Program-made: the position numbers and the translations under genes | Assembly: GCA_964482725.1 (NCBI GenBank) | Contig: CAYZYT010000004.1 | Coordinates: 23,824 to 87,823 of the forward strand | From: an uncultured bacterium | Lineage (GTDB): Bacteria; Omnitrophota; Omnitrophia; Omnitrophales; Aquincolibacteriaceae | Direction: 5' to 3' | Length of the DNA: 64,000 nt | Shown here: one piece after another, positions 28,298 to 38,366 of the stretch | Numbering within the stretch: the first letter of the stretch is position 1 | Layout: each line of letters begins with the position of its first letter | Notes under the pieces: model-generated | Database searches by the model: none | The model's input: the letters and a program-made list of their open reading frames with translations, nothing else | Told to the model about the DNA's origin: nothing

Positions 28298-31074
28298 GTC
28301 TCTCCCACGGTCATATCCGCTTTAAGCGGCACGTTGAGCTGATAAGCCCCTTCCATCTCTTCTTTCACAATCTTTGTCAGGACATCGATCTCGCCCGAAG
28401 GCGCGTCGAACACCAGCTCATCATGCACCTGCATGATCATAAGACTTTCGCTCTGCTCTTTCTCAAGCCGCCGCTGGATCGCGATCATCGCGATCTTGAT
28501 CAGGTCGGCCGCCGAACCCTGGATCGGCGCGTTGATCGCCGACCGCTCGGCGTACTGACGCAATTGCATGTTGGAGGCATTAATATTCGGAAAATAAGAA
28601 CGCCGCCCGAGAAGCGTGGTTAGAAATCCGTCTTTTTTGGCTTTTTCCTTTTGCGCGTCCAAGTATTCTTTCACCTTGGAGTAGCGCGCGAAATAATTTT
28701 TAATGAATTGATCCGCTTCCGGGATCGACATGTTCAGGTCCTGCGAGAGCCCGTAGCTTGTCTTGCCGTACACGATGCTGAAATTGATGGTCTTCGCGGC
28801 ATTCCGCATCTCACGGGTCACATCCTTTTCCTTCACGCCATAAAGAAGCGTGGCCGTGAACGTATGAATGTCCCGGTCTTCGGCAAACGCTTTTGTCAGG
28901 TTCGGATCTCCCGAAAAATGCGCGAGCACTCTCAGCTCGATCTGGGAGTAATCCGCGGAAAGGATCTTGCCCTGGCCTTTATTTTCTTTTCCTTTTCCCC
29001 GGGGCCGGGCTACAAAGGCCTTCCGGACCAGCCGTCCCATCTCGGTCTTGATCGGAATATTCTGAAGATTCGGCTCAGAGCTCGAGAGACGGCCTGTGTC
29101 GGTCGTCGTCTGATTGAACGACGTGTGCACGCAATGCGTCTCGGGGTTCACCATCTCCGGAAGTGCGTCCAGATAAGTCGACCTCAGCTTCGCGCGCTCC
29201 CGGTATTCCAGGATCTTCCGCGGCAGCTCATGCGAAACCGCGAGTTTTTCAAGCACGCTCGCGTCAGTGGAGTACCCAGTTTTGATCTTTTTCAGGGCCG
29301 GCAGCTTCTTTTGAACGAAGAGCACATCCGCAAGCTGTTTCGGCGAATCCAAATTAAATTCCGTCCCGGCATCCGCATGAATATCCTTCACAAGGGCATC
29401 GATCTCGTTGCCGGCTTTCACCGATAGTTCTTTCAGAAAATCCAGGTCAAGCGCCACGCCGTTCATTTCGATCCGCGCCAAAACTCCAGCTAAAGGCAGC
29501 TCCACTTTTTGATAAAGTTCCGTGAGCGCTAGCTCCTCAAGCCGTGCTTGAAGCATCGGCACCAGCCGCATGACGCAGTCCGCATCCTCGCAGGCATAAG
29601 CCGTGATCTGCTCCAGCGGGACGGCATCCATGGTGATGCTTTTTTTCCCAGTCCCAATGAGGCTCTCAGTCGCGATCTTTTTCACGTTCAAATATTCTAG
29701 CGAGAGATCGTCGAGATTATGGTTCCGTTTGACCGGATCGATCAAATAGCTCGCGATCATGGTATCGAACGCAACGCCGGCAAGACGGACGCCGTTTCGC
29801 GCCATCACGATCTCGTCGTATTTGATGTTCTGCCCGTATTTGAGGACTTCACCGTCCTCGAGCACCGGCGCCAGAATACCCAAAACCTCCGCGAGCGGCA
29901 ATCCGGGGCCCTGCTGCGCCGAAGAGGATACGGGAATGTAATAAGCTGTGAAGGGTTCCCAGCAAAAACTCATGCCGACCAAGGCCGCCTTCATAGGATC
30001 GGGAGAGGTCGTCTCGGTGTCAAAGCTGAAGGCTTTTGCTTTTTGAAGCTTCCCTGCAAAGGCCTTGATCTCTTGCGTTGTCTGTATTGCTTTATAATTC
30101 CGCTCTTGGGCTTCCTTTTCTCCCTGCGCCCCTTGTCCGGCAATGCTTTTCAGAAGCCCCCGGAATTCATACCTTTTAAAGAATTCCATGAGAGCCGCGG
30201 TGTCGGGCTCGACTCTGCGTAAGGCCATCCAATCGATCTCCAGCGGCACATCCGTATCGATCGTCGCAAGCATTTGAGATAATTTCAGGTCTTCGATGTT
30301 CTCTTGTATCTTCTGTCTTTGTTTTTCCGAAGAAACTTCTCCCACCCGTTCAAGAAGAGCGCCCACGGAACCGAACTCCTGGATGAGCTTCATCGCGGTC
30401 TTTTCGCCGATCCCCGGCACCCCCGGGATATTATCCGAGGCATCTCCCATGAGCGCGAGAATATCCACGACCTTGTCCGGCCCAAGACCGCTAAAGCGTT
30501 CCCGGACCTTTTCGATGTCATAAACCAGATTCTCTTTGTGCGGCTGAAGGATCTTGATCCGGTCATTGACCAGTTGAAAAGCGTCTTTATCCCCCGTAAT
30601 GATAAAAACCTGATACCCTTCCTTTGCCCCCTGCTTTGCCAGGGTTCCGATCACATCATCCGCTTCGTAACCCGCCTTTTCAAAGATCGCCATTCCTAAG
30701 ATCCTGCAGAACTCCTTGATGGGCTCGATCTGTTTCACAAGCTCCTCGGGCATGGGCTTACGGTGTGCCTTGTATTCCTTGTACTGTTCATGCCGGAACG
30801 TCGGCTCCTTCCGGTCAAAGCACATCGCGACATGGCCTGGCTTCTGCTCCTCCATAAGCTTTCGGAGCATGGTGACGAACCCATAAATAGCGTTGGTCGG
30901 CTCTCCCCGGGAGTTCGTCAGATTTGGGATCGCATAAAAAGCCCGGTAGCAGAGCGAGTGGCCGTCCACGAGGAACAGTTTCTCCCCCGCCTGTGAAACA
31001 AGGCGAGGCTCGCCCCGCTTCTCGGGGCGGCCTTGAGAGGCCTCAGGGGCCTGTTTTGTCATCTTGAGGTTCAA
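28282..31074 (-). CDS. polA: DNA polymerase I
   Basis: 5'-3' exonuclease N-terminus (LVDGHSLCYRAFYA), 3'-5' exonuclease domain and polymerase motifs (QIELRVLAHFS, QVHDELVFD). 930 aa. Confidence 0.92.
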   Translation of the reverse strand: MNLKMTKQAPEASQGRPEKRGEPRLVSQAGEKLFLVDGHSLCYRAFYAIPNLTNSRGEPTNAIYGFVTMLRKLMEEQKPGHVAMCFDRKEPTFRHEQYKEYKAHRKPMPEELVKQIEPIKEFCRILGMAIFEKAGYEADDVIGTLAKQGAKEGYQVFIITGDKDAFQLVNDRIKILQPHKENLVYDIEKVRERFSGLGPDKVVDILALMGDASDNIPGVPGIGEKTAMKLIQEFGSVGALLERVGEVSSEKQRQKIQENIEDLKLSQMLATIDTDVPLEIDWMALRRVEPDTAALMEFFKRYEFRGLLKSIAGQGAQGEKEAQERNYKAIQTTQEIKAFAGKLQKAKAFSFDTETTSPDPMKAALVGMSFCWEPFTAYYIPVSSSAQQGPGLPLAEVLGILAPVLEDGEVLKYGQNIKYDEIVMARNGVRLAGVAFDTMIASYLIDPVKRNHNLDDLSLEYLNVKKIATESLIGTGKKSITMDAVPLEQITAYACEDADCVMRLVPMLQARLEELALTELYQKVELPLAGVLARIEMNGVALDLDFLKELSVKAGNEIDALVKDIHADAGTEFNLDSPKQLADVLFVQKKLPALKKIKTGYSTDASVLEKLAVSHELPRKILEYRERAKLRSTYLDALPEMVNPETHCVHTSFNQTTTDTGRLSSSEPNLQNIPIKTEMGRLVRKAFVARPRGKGKENKGQGKILSADYSQIELRVLAHFSGDPNLTKAFAEDRDIHTFTATLLYGVKEKDVTREMRNAAKTINFSIVYGKTSYGLSQDLNMSIPEADQFIKNYFARYSKVKEYLDAQKEKAKKDGFLTTLLGRRSYFPNINASNMQLRQYAERSAINAPIQGSAADLIKIAMIAIQRRLEKEQSESLMIMQVHDELVFDAPSGEIDVLTKIVKEEMEGAYQLNVPLKADMTVGETWYKN

Positions 31075-31440
31075 TTGGGACTGGATTTTCTGGTCCTGGG
31101 TTCGATTTTCTTGAAAAATATGCGGAAAGAGCTGAAAGTGGCGACTACGCTGCGTTGCTATTCATTATTATGGGTTCGCAGTATGGCTCCGTTAACCCCT
31201 AAATTTAGATGGAGAACGGCGCTAAAACGCTGGGATTAAATTCGAATTGGGTCTCTTTTGCGTGGAATTTATGTTTGATCCCGACTTTTTTATCCTGGGA
31301 CCGCTCTCCCTGCTCGCCCTGATTATCATTAAAAGCTTTATGGGAAATCAGGACTGCACCGTTAACCAATAAAAATGAATGAAAAACGGCGCGAAAGCGG
31401 GCATAGGATACCCAAGCCCCTCCCTGGGGTCAAGTTTTAT

Positions 31441-32532
31441 TTATCGCGTCCTGTCTCTCCCCTTACTTGTGGGCTGGACCTTGGAAAGCTGGAGACCCAG
31501 TTCCTTGGCATCGACCGCAACCTCAAGCGCCGCTTCATAACCAATAATGCCTTGGGTGTAGAGTTGTTTCAGATAATCATCCAACATGATCATGCCGTAG
31601 CGCGACCCGGTCTGCAGCTCGGAAAGGATCTGGTAGGTCTTGCCTTCGCGAATGAGGTTGCGGATGGCGGGCGTCGCGAACATGATCTCGAAGGCAGCCA
31701 CACGCCCCCTCCCGTCCAGACGCGGCACAAGCACTTGGGAGATCACCGCGACGATCGTCGCGGAAAGCTGAACGCGAACCAACGGCTGCTGGTCGGAAGG
31801 AAAAACATCGATGATGCGGTCGACGGTCCGCGCAGCACCCGTGGTGTGGAGGGTGGAGAATACTAAATGACCTGTTTCGGCTGCACGAATGGCCGCTTCC
31901 ATGGTCGCCAGGTCGCGCATTTCTCCGATCAGGATCACGTCCGGGTCCTGACGCAGAGATTTCACGATCGCTTCGGAAAAACTCGGGACATCTTCCCCGA
32001 CCTCGCGTTGGGTGACCACGCACTTTTTATGATGATGCACGAACTCGATCGGATCCTCCGCGGTAATGATGTGCTTCGGAAAGTTCTCGTTGATGTAATT
32101 GAGCATGGTCGCGAGCGTGGTCGTTTTTCCGCTTCCGGTAGGCCCCGTCACAAGCACCAGTCCGCGCGGAAGGTTCAAGGTTTCGATCATTTGCGCCGGC
32201 AGTCCGATATCCTGAAAACTGTAAAACTTTGAGGGGAGAAGGCGCAACACAAGCGAAAAACGGCCCTGCTGTTTGAAGCAGGAGACACGAAAACGAGCTT
32301 TGTCTTTAAACGAAAATCCAAAATCAATGCCTCCGACCTCTTCGATCTTTTTGCGCTGGACCTCGGTCGTGATCTCTTTGGCAAAGGCCTCGGTATCTTG
32401 TGCGGTCAACGGCTTCTCCCCCACCGAGACCAGGGCCCCGACCATGCGATAGGTCACCGGCCGCCCCACGGTCAGATGAATGTCGGAGGCTTCTTTTTCA
32501 ACTGCGCCTAACAGAATTTCTTCGATCGCCAT
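31441..32532 (-). CDS. pilT: Type IV pilus retraction ATPase, PilT/PilU family
   Basis: GPTGSGKTTTLA, EDPIEF, the His box LVFSTLHT and the AIRNLIRE motif. Confidence 0.85.
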   Translation of the reverse strand: MAIEEILLGAVEKEASDIHLTVGRPVTYRMVGALVSVGEKPLTAQDTEAFAKEITTEVQRKKIEEVGGIDFGFSFKDKARFRVSCFKQQGRFSLVLRLLPSKFYSFQDIGLPAQMIETLNLPRGLVLVTGPTGSGKTTTLATMLNYINENFPKHIITAEDPIEFVHHHKKCVVTQREVGEDVPSFSEAIVKSLRQDPDVILIGEMRDLATMEAAIRAAETGHLVFSTLHTTGAARTVDRIIDVFPSDQQPLVRVQLSATIVAVISQVLVPRLDGRGRVAAFEIMFATPAIRNLIREGKTYQILSELQTGSRYGMIMLDDYLKQLYTQGIIGYEAALEVAVDAKELGLQLSKVQPTSKGRDRTR

Positions 32533-32607
32533 GGGAGACTCCTTTTAAAATGATCTCACTACGGAAAAATTCGCTTCTTGCTATTGTCGACTTTCCGAAC
32601 AAAAACC

Positions 32608-33114
32608 TTAGAAAACCAGACTCCCGAGACTCCACAAGACCAGGGAGATAAAGCCGGCCAAAAGACACAGGTTGGGCCACCCTCTCATAGAGACCGGCAT
32701 GTGTGAAAAAAGGAGTTTGTATCTTAGACCTAGAAAACAACTCTGGAAAAGAGCGATCCCTGCGGACACGACCCCCGCCCCAAAGATCCCCTGCACGAGA
32801 CCGTGCCGTTCCGAGGAGATCATAAAAACGCTTGCCATGACCGCAAGAAAAAAAACATCCGTTTTTTTCTGGTAGCGCGAAAGCAGGTAGGCGGCCAGTC
32901 CGGGACCGAGGATCGCATATTCCTGGGCAATCAGTGGGCTCTTTCCAAAAGCTGTGGCAACCGCCCCAAGAGCAAGGATCAGGCTCACCGTAAGAAAAAG
33001 ATCCGTCGCTTCGCGCCCAATGCGCTTGAGCCCTTCGACAGGTTTTTGCAAAGGGGCGGGTCTCGCGCCGCGCATCGCCAACAAAAAGCCGAAGGAGATG
33101 ATCAAAAAATACAC
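32608..33114 (-). CDS. Small 6-TM membrane protein (168 aa); possibly a highly divergent RnfA/RnfE (NqrDE)-like subunit
   Basis: Six hydrophobic segments were read. The size and position immediately downstream of the rnfC/rnfD-like genes are the only support; no conserved RnfA/E motif was recognised. Confidence 0.45.
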   Translation of the reverse strand: MYFLIISFGFLLAMRGARPAPLQKPVEGLKRIGREATDLFLTVSLILALGAVATAFGKSPLIAQEYAILGPGLAAYLLSRYQKKTDVFFLAVMASVFMISSERHGLVQGIFGAGVVSAGIALFQSCFLGLRYKLLFSHMPVSMRGWPNLCLLAGFISLVLWSLGSLVF

Positions 33115-33115
33115 G

Positions 33116-33643
33116 TTAACCTCTCCTTCGATAGGGTTGATTTTTCCATAAGAAAGCCACGGCCGCGATCACAAGAAACATACCGGCCGGCTGCTCGAAT
33201 AGGTGCATTCCCAAACGCTTTTCCCCGACCTCCCGAACGAGCGCCAAGAGCATCACGAAGCCTGCGAAACCGGTCCCGGCGAGCACCCGCTCAAAAAAAT
33301 ACCTCGGGACTTCCCTGGAGAATACTCGCACATGGCCGGGTTTCGCCGTCTCTTCGAGAAAAGAGACGGGGGCCAGGAAAAAAATGCTTGCGATCCAATA
33401 GGGAGGAAGTTTTGTAAGCGTCCACGCGGCCTGGGCCCAGACGATAAGCCAAAGAAAGAAGGCGCACTTCAGAGAGCGGTCGGGAAAAAAGCGGCGGAAG
33501 AACCAGAAAAAAGCGACCGTGATCCAGAGAAACAAGACAATCCACAGCGCCGCAACTCCGGCCTTGAAAAACCCATACGGGTAGACCATAAAAGGCAGGT
33601 AAGCCAGGAACATTCTCGAGAAAAGGCTTTCGGGTAGCTTCAT
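33116..33643 (-). CDS. Small 6-TM membrane protein (175 aa); possibly a divergent RnfA/RnfE-like subunit
   Basis: Six hydrophobic segments. Its stop is 2 nt from the next gene's start. Same argument as for the preceding gene. Confidence 0.45.
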   Translation of the reverse strand: MKLPESLFSRMFLAYLPFMVYPYGFFKAGVAALWIVLFLWITVAFFWFFRRFFPDRSLKCAFFLWLIVWAQAAWTLTKLPPYWIASIFFLAPVSFLEETAKPGHVRVFSREVPRYFFERVLAGTGFAGFVMLLALVREVGEKRLGMHLFEQPAGMFLVIAAVAFLWKNQPYRRRG

Positions 33644-33852
33644 CGTCTCCCAAACCTCATGATCTTCACCGCCTCAGCATTTGTGCCGCGCAAAGGATCG
33701 CAACAAGCAGGCACAGGAAAAGCGCAAGAAATAGATGTTTTGATAGGGTGCTCACTATCTTTTTGATGTTCATAACGTCCCGGTCTTTATTTTCTTTTCA
33801 CAAAGGGCGGCTGGGGCTATCCTGATGCCCCGTTGATTTTTATTGGAGAAAA

Positions 33853-34710
33853 TCATGACGGATAAGTCGCCTTGAGCGTTTGCTTCGCTTTATAAGGAAC
33901 GGGTTTGAGCCAAAGATCCAGCCAGGGCGTTAAAAGGTTCATTAAAAGGATCGCGTAGGCCGCCGAACGGATCGAAAATCCTTCGAGGTTTAGCCGCGCA
34001 CTTAAAATCGCGGCTCCCAGAACGAAAAAAATTGTTCCCTTGCGCGTTAAAGGCAGGGCTACAGGATCCGCTAAAATAAAAAAAGCCGTCAGGAGGACGC
34101 CGCTAAAAAAGGCGAACGGCATCTCTCGCCCTCCGAACAGAGCCTCGCAAATAAAGCAGCCCGACATGTAAAGAACGGGTGTTTCCCAATAGCTTTGTTT
34201 TTGTTTAAGTAAAAGAACGCCGCCGATCCCAAGCGCCCCAAGCGTCCAAACACTTCCCTCCCCGGCCAAAAGCATCGGCTCGGACATGACGGTGGGAAAA
34301 CAGAGCTGTAAAAATACGCGCGCCAGCAGAACCGGATGTAAAAGATAGGCGCCTTTACCCCCGAAAAGCTCCTTAGCGACAAAAACCGCCATAAAAACAC
34401 CGAGGATCAAGATCTCGGAGGAACATCCCGAAGGCATGAGGAGTGAGAAAAGCGCCGCGGCAAGCACGGCTTCCCCGCTCCGCAAACCTTCTTTTTTCTG
34501 GAAAAGTTTCGCGGCCAGAAATTCGAACGCGATCGCGCTCACCAGACAGATCAAAAGAACGCGCAGAATTTCCGCGTGTCCTGTAAAACAGGCGCTCACA
34601 AAAAGAGGTATCATGGCGATCCCCTGTCCCCAGGACCGTCGCGCTAAAGAGTCCGCCGCGCGTATATGCGGTGGCAGGCCCGTTTTGTAAGACAAGATCA
34701 CTTCAGCCAT
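33853..34710 (-). CDS. rnfD: RnfD/NqrB-family membrane subunit, short at 285 aa
   Basis: C-terminal motifs ADPVALPLTRKG...LGAAIL and ILLMNLLTPWLD match the RnfD/NqrB TDPV...T..G and LLMN..TP.ID signatures. It overlaps the rnfC-like stop. Confidence 0.6.
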   Translation of the reverse strand: MAEVILSYKTGLPPHIRAADSLARRSWGQGIAMIPLFVSACFTGHAEILRVLLICLVSAIAFEFLAAKLFQKKEGLRSGEAVLAAALFSLLMPSGCSSEILILGVFMAVFVAKELFGGKGAYLLHPVLLARVFLQLCFPTVMSEPMLLAGEGSVWTLGALGIGGVLLLKQKQSYWETPVLYMSGCFICEALFGGREMPFAFFSGVLLTAFFILADPVALPLTRKGTIFFVLGAAILSARLNLEGFSIRSAAYAILLMNLLTPWLDLWLKPVPYKAKQTLKATYPS

Positions 34711-36073
34711 GCATCACCCCCGCCTTCGAAAAAACACTGGCTTGGCGGATCAGTGCCAGCATCGGCCTTTTGGCGGGACACACATAGGCGCAGTTGCCGC
34801 ATTCCATGCACTCCGCAGCATCCCATGCTGCCGCCACTGCAAATTCTTTTCGTTCCGCGGCAAGCGCGATCATCACGGGCGAAAGTGAGACGGGGCAATG
34901 ATCCACGCACCGGTTACAACGAATGCAAGGTTCTTCGGATTCTTCCTTCGCGATCTCCTGGGGAAGCGCAAGAATGGCATTCGTCCCGGCCATAACGGAA
35001 ACCTCCGTGCCCCTTTGCGCTGTCCCGGCCATAGGCCCCCCCATCAGGACTTTTTGGGGACCGCGCATGACTCCTTTGCAGGCGTGGATCGCATCGTGAA
35101 AAGAAATTCCGATCGGCAACCAAAGGCTACGGGGTTCGACAACGCATTCTCCGCCCACGGTCACGACTCTTTCATAAAAAGGTTTCTGGTAGGCCACCGC
35201 TTCGTAAACCGCAAAGGCCGTGGAGGCCGGGAAAACCACCGCCGTCTCTTCGCTTCCCGGGAACCAGGCCTGAAGCAGCGTGCTTTCAAGGCCCTGCGGG
35301 TAGAGCGCTGGCACGGTCCGGACTTCTGCGTGATCCCATTTTAGAAAGTAGATCTTGCTCTTAAAAAGCTCGATCATCTCAAGATTACAGCTCTCGAACG
35401 CCAAAATGATCTTTTGGGCGCCGCAAGCTTTTCTGAGCAATTCGGCCCCCTTTACGATTTCCACGGGGTGAGACATGGCCAGCACTTGTTCGCAGGTAAT
35501 GTAAGGCTCCGGCTCGCAACCGTTGATGATGATCGTTCGCGCTCCAGCCTGCCGCCCAAGCTTAGCGTGGACGGGTTCCATCCTGGGATCTGTGGTCACA
35601 AGCCCGGAGTGCTGGAAAATCTTCAGAAGCTCTTCGGCCGGGATCTGCTCCCAGCCTTTGCGCATCTCCGGCGACGGCAGGACTTTGGGCTCTCCGTGCC
35701 TTCGGATCTCGATCGTCCGGATTTCGCCACCCATCGCACTCGGAAAAGACGCGATTTTCTCCACCACGCCGGACATGCTCGCGTGAAGGAACACACCCTC
35801 CGGTCCTTGCGGCGCCTCTCCGCCTTTCATTTTCTTTTTATCCTCGGTCGTGGAAACGGCCCCACTTTCCGCGTCTTTGTATGAGATCGGGATTGGGACT
35901 GCGATTTTTTGTCCGCTCTGAACCATATCTCCGACTCGAACGCAGGGCTCTGAGAACGCGGGAATGGGCACATGGATCTTTTCGGGAGGATAAGGACGCT
36001 TTAAATTCCAGTTCAGCAGGCTTGCGTCTTTTTTTCTTTCGAGCTGGATGCCGATAGCTTTCTTTTTAGGCAA
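34703..36073 (-). CDS. rnfC: RnfC-like subunit with two 4Fe-4S ferredoxin motifs but a degenerate FMN/NADH glycine-rich motif
   Basis: NGCEPEPYITCE (the RnfC NGAECEPYLTCD motif), LMGGPMAG, and CIRCNRCVDHCP plus CMECGNCAYVCP (two Cx2Cx2Cx3CP motifs). Where GLGGAGFPT is expected, the sequence is TTDPRMEPVHAKL. Confidence 0.65.
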   Translation of the reverse strand: MPKKKAIGIQLERKKDASLLNWNLKRPYPPEKIHVPIPAFSEPCVRVGDMVQSGQKIAVPIPISYKDAESGAVSTTEDKKKMKGGEAPQGPEGVFLHASMSGVVEKIASFPSAMGGEIRTIEIRRHGEPKVLPSPEMRKGWEQIPAEELLKIFQHSGLVTTDPRMEPVHAKLGRQAGARTIIINGCEPEPYITCEQVLAMSHPVEIVKGAELLRKACGAQKIILAFESCNLEMIELFKSKIYFLKWDHAEVRTVPALYPQGLESTLLQAWFPGSEETAVVFPASTAFAVYEAVAYQKPFYERVVTVGGECVVEPRSLWLPIGISFHDAIHACKGVMRGPQKVLMGGPMAGTAQRGTEVSVMAGTNAILALPQEIAKEESEEPCIRCNRCVDHCPVSLSPVMIALAAERKEFAVAAAWDAAECMECGNCAYVCPAKRPMLALIRQASVFSKAGVMHG

Positions 36074-36090
36074 AGCTGCTTCCTTTCGGG

Positions 36091-36852
36091 CTATTTGTGA
36101 GGAATGGCCCCGACAAAACTTCCCGTGATCTTGTCGACCCGGATGCGCTCCTGGAAAACGTCTTTAAGATTTCCGAACTGGCAACTGTCCATATTGAGCC
36201 CCTCGATGTCGGGAAGACTTCCCAGGATCGGAACGCCGGAAAGATCGTTGATAACTTTCGGGTTCGTCAACTCCGCCAACGAATAATTCGTTACGGCAAC
36301 GCGGTTGAAGATAATGCCGCGCACTTCCAGCCCCCGGATCGTGGCCGCATCCACGGTAAGCAGCGTATGATTGATCGCGCCGAGCCCTGCGTACGACACG
36401 ATCACAATGGGCAAACCCATATCGCGAATGAGGTTGGCCACATAATAATCTTTCTTGAGAGGGACCATGAGCCCGCCAATCCCTTCGACGATCATAAAAT
36501 CATAATGCTTCTGAAGTTGGTGGTAGCTTTTGAGGATCCGGGGAACATCCACTTCTTTTTTTTCAAGCATGGCGGCCACGCTCGGCGAAAGAGGGTTACG
36601 AAAACGCGCCGGGCTCGTGAGCGGCGGATATTCATTCTGGGAAGCTTCCATTAAAAATACGGCGTCCTGGGAAATAAGTCTTTCTTCGCCGCCATAACAA
36701 CCGGTCGCCACAGGTTTCATCACACCAACCTTCATCCCGCGCTCCCGGAGGACAAGCGCGAGCCCCGCGGAGATCACGGTTTTTCCCACATCCGTATCGG
36801 TCCCTGTGATAAAAATTCCGGCTTTCATCGCAAAAACCAGGACAACGGACAA
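36091..36852 (-). CDS. bioD: Dethiobiotin synthetase
   Basis: ITGTDTDVGKTVISAGL P-loop and BioD similarity. Confidence 0.85.
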   Translation of the reverse strand: MSVVLVFAMKAGIFITGTDTDVGKTVISAGLALVLRERGMKVGVMKPVATGCYGGEERLISQDAVFLMEASQNEYPPLTSPARFRNPLSPSVAAMLEKKEVDVPRILKSYHQLQKHYDFMIVEGIGGLMVPLKKDYYVANLIRDMGLPIVIVSYAGLGAINHTLLTVDAATIRGLEVRGIIFNRVAVTNYSLAELTNPKVINDLSGVPILGSLPDIEGLNMDSCQFGNLKDVFQERIRVDKITGSFVGAIPHK

Positions 36853-36909
36853 CGGACAACGCGCGACGCAAAAACCTTTTTCGTTGACCTTTGACCGTTG
36901 CTCGTTGCT

Positions 36910-38295
36910 CTATGTTTGTTCATTCGTCGCTTCCTTTATTGATTCATAAGTAATATCGAGCAATTTGTTCAGTTCCCGCTCGCTCATCGCCAGCGGCGGC
37001 ATGAGCACGATCACCGGGCCCAGCGGCCGGAGGATCGCTCCTTTTTTTCGCGCCCGTTCGATCACGCGAACACCGATCTTTTCTTTCGCCTCGAAGCTTT
37101 CCCGGGTCGCCTTGTCTTTGACCAGCTCGATCCCGACCATCGCACCGCATTGACGTGTATCGCCGACTTTTTCCAGTTTCGAAAAATCTTCGAGACGTTT
37201 TTTTATGAGCCGGATCTTTGGCTCTAACTTCGCAAGCGTCTTTTGTTTTTCAAAAAGCCCAAGATTTGCGATCGCGACCGCGCACGCCAGCGGATTGGCG
37301 GTGTAGGTGTGCCCGTGAAAGAATGTTTTGAAATCTTCATAGCGGCCCAGGAACGCCTCATAAACTTCTTCAGTCGCGAGCGTCGCCGCCAGCGGCAGAT
37401 AACCTCCCGTAATGCCTTTAGCCACCGCCATAATATCCGGCGTCACATTTTCGTGCTCCGCGGCAAACATTTTCCCGGTCCGCCCAAACCCTGTCGCAAC
37501 CTCATCAAAAATCAGGAGCGTATTATACTTTCGGGTCAGCTCCCTGGCACGGGAAATGTATCCGTCCGGTTGATCGATCATGCCGGCGGCACCCTGCATG
37601 AGAGGCTCCATCACGAATGCGGCGATCTCGTGGTGGTGCTCTTTCAAGACCTTTTCCATCGCGCCGAGCGCTTCGTTTTTGACTTGCTCCGGGGACAGGA
37701 TGGCTTGCGCGCCCGAGATCTTTCCCTGGTAATCGGCCCACCGGTAGCGGTAAGGCGACGGGATCGCGAACGTATCAAACAGAAGCGGCTTGTAGATCTG
37801 ATGAAAGAGATCGATCCCGCCGACGCTCACGGAGCCGAGCGTGTCGCCGTGGTAAGCATTCACGAGTCGCGCGAATTTTTTCTTTTCAGGATGACCTTTT
37901 TGCGCCCAGTATTGAAACGCCATCTTGAGCGCGATCTCCACAGCCTCGGACCCGGAATCCGAATAAAAAACACGGGTGAGCCCTTGGGGAGCGATCGTGA
38001 TGAGTTTTTCCGCCAATTCGATCGCCGTGGGGTGCGAGAGCCCGAGAAATGTGGTGTGGGAAATTTTTTTCAGCTGCTTTTTGATCGCCCCATCGAGCTC
38101 TTGGACCCGATGACCGTGCACATTGCACCAAAGCGACGACACCCCATCGAGATACCGGCGCCCCTCGGTATCGATCAGCGTGCAACCTTCCCCTTTTTCA
38201 ATGACCGGAAACTCTTCCGTCTGCCATTCCCGCATCTGCGTAAACGGATGCCACATGCATTTTCTATCTCTGGCGATCAGTGGGTTCGTATCCAT
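36910..38295 (-). CDS. bioA: Adenosylmethionine-8-amino-7-oxononanoate aminotransferase
   Basis: Class-III aminotransferase with BioA-typical N-terminus W.PFTQM and the PLP-lysine region. Confidence 0.9.
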   Translation of the reverse strand: MDTNPLIARDRKCMWHPFTQMREWQTEEFPVIEKGEGCTLIDTEGRRYLDGVSSLWCNVHGHRVQELDGAIKKQLKKISHTTFLGLSHPTAIELAEKLITIAPQGLTRVFYSDSGSEAVEIALKMAFQYWAQKGHPEKKKFARLVNAYHGDTLGSVSVGGIDLFHQIYKPLLFDTFAIPSPYRYRWADYQGKISGAQAILSPEQVKNEALGAMEKVLKEHHHEIAAFVMEPLMQGAAGMIDQPDGYISRARELTRKYNTLLIFDEVATGFGRTGKMFAAEHENVTPDIMAVAKGITGGYLPLAATLATEEVYEAFLGRYEDFKTFFHGHTYTANPLACAVAIANLGLFEKQKTLAKLEPKIRLIKKRLEDFSKLEKVGDTRQCGAMVGIELVKDKATRESFEAKEKIGVRVIERARKKGAILRPLGPVIVLMPPLAMSERELNKLLDITYESIKEATNEQT

Positions 38296-38343
38296 ATAAG
38301 TCCCGTGTTGGAATTTGCCTTTCCCTTGGGGTCCGGCACTTTC

Positions 38344-38366
38344 AAAAAAGAGAGTTGCCTCTCTCA
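38344..38366 (-). terminator. Putative intrinsic terminator (GAGAGAGGCAACTCTCTC stem followed by a T6 run on the minus strand) overlapping the stop of the lipoprotein gene, 45 bp upstream of bioA
   Basis: Hairpin and T-run read directly on the minus strand. Confidence 0.45.

Noticed and set aside
31095-31125. GGGTTCGATT motif resembling a tRNA T-loop in the pilT–polA spacer
   Set aside because: No complementary T-stem, acceptor stem or anticodon arm could be built around it. No tRNA is called.
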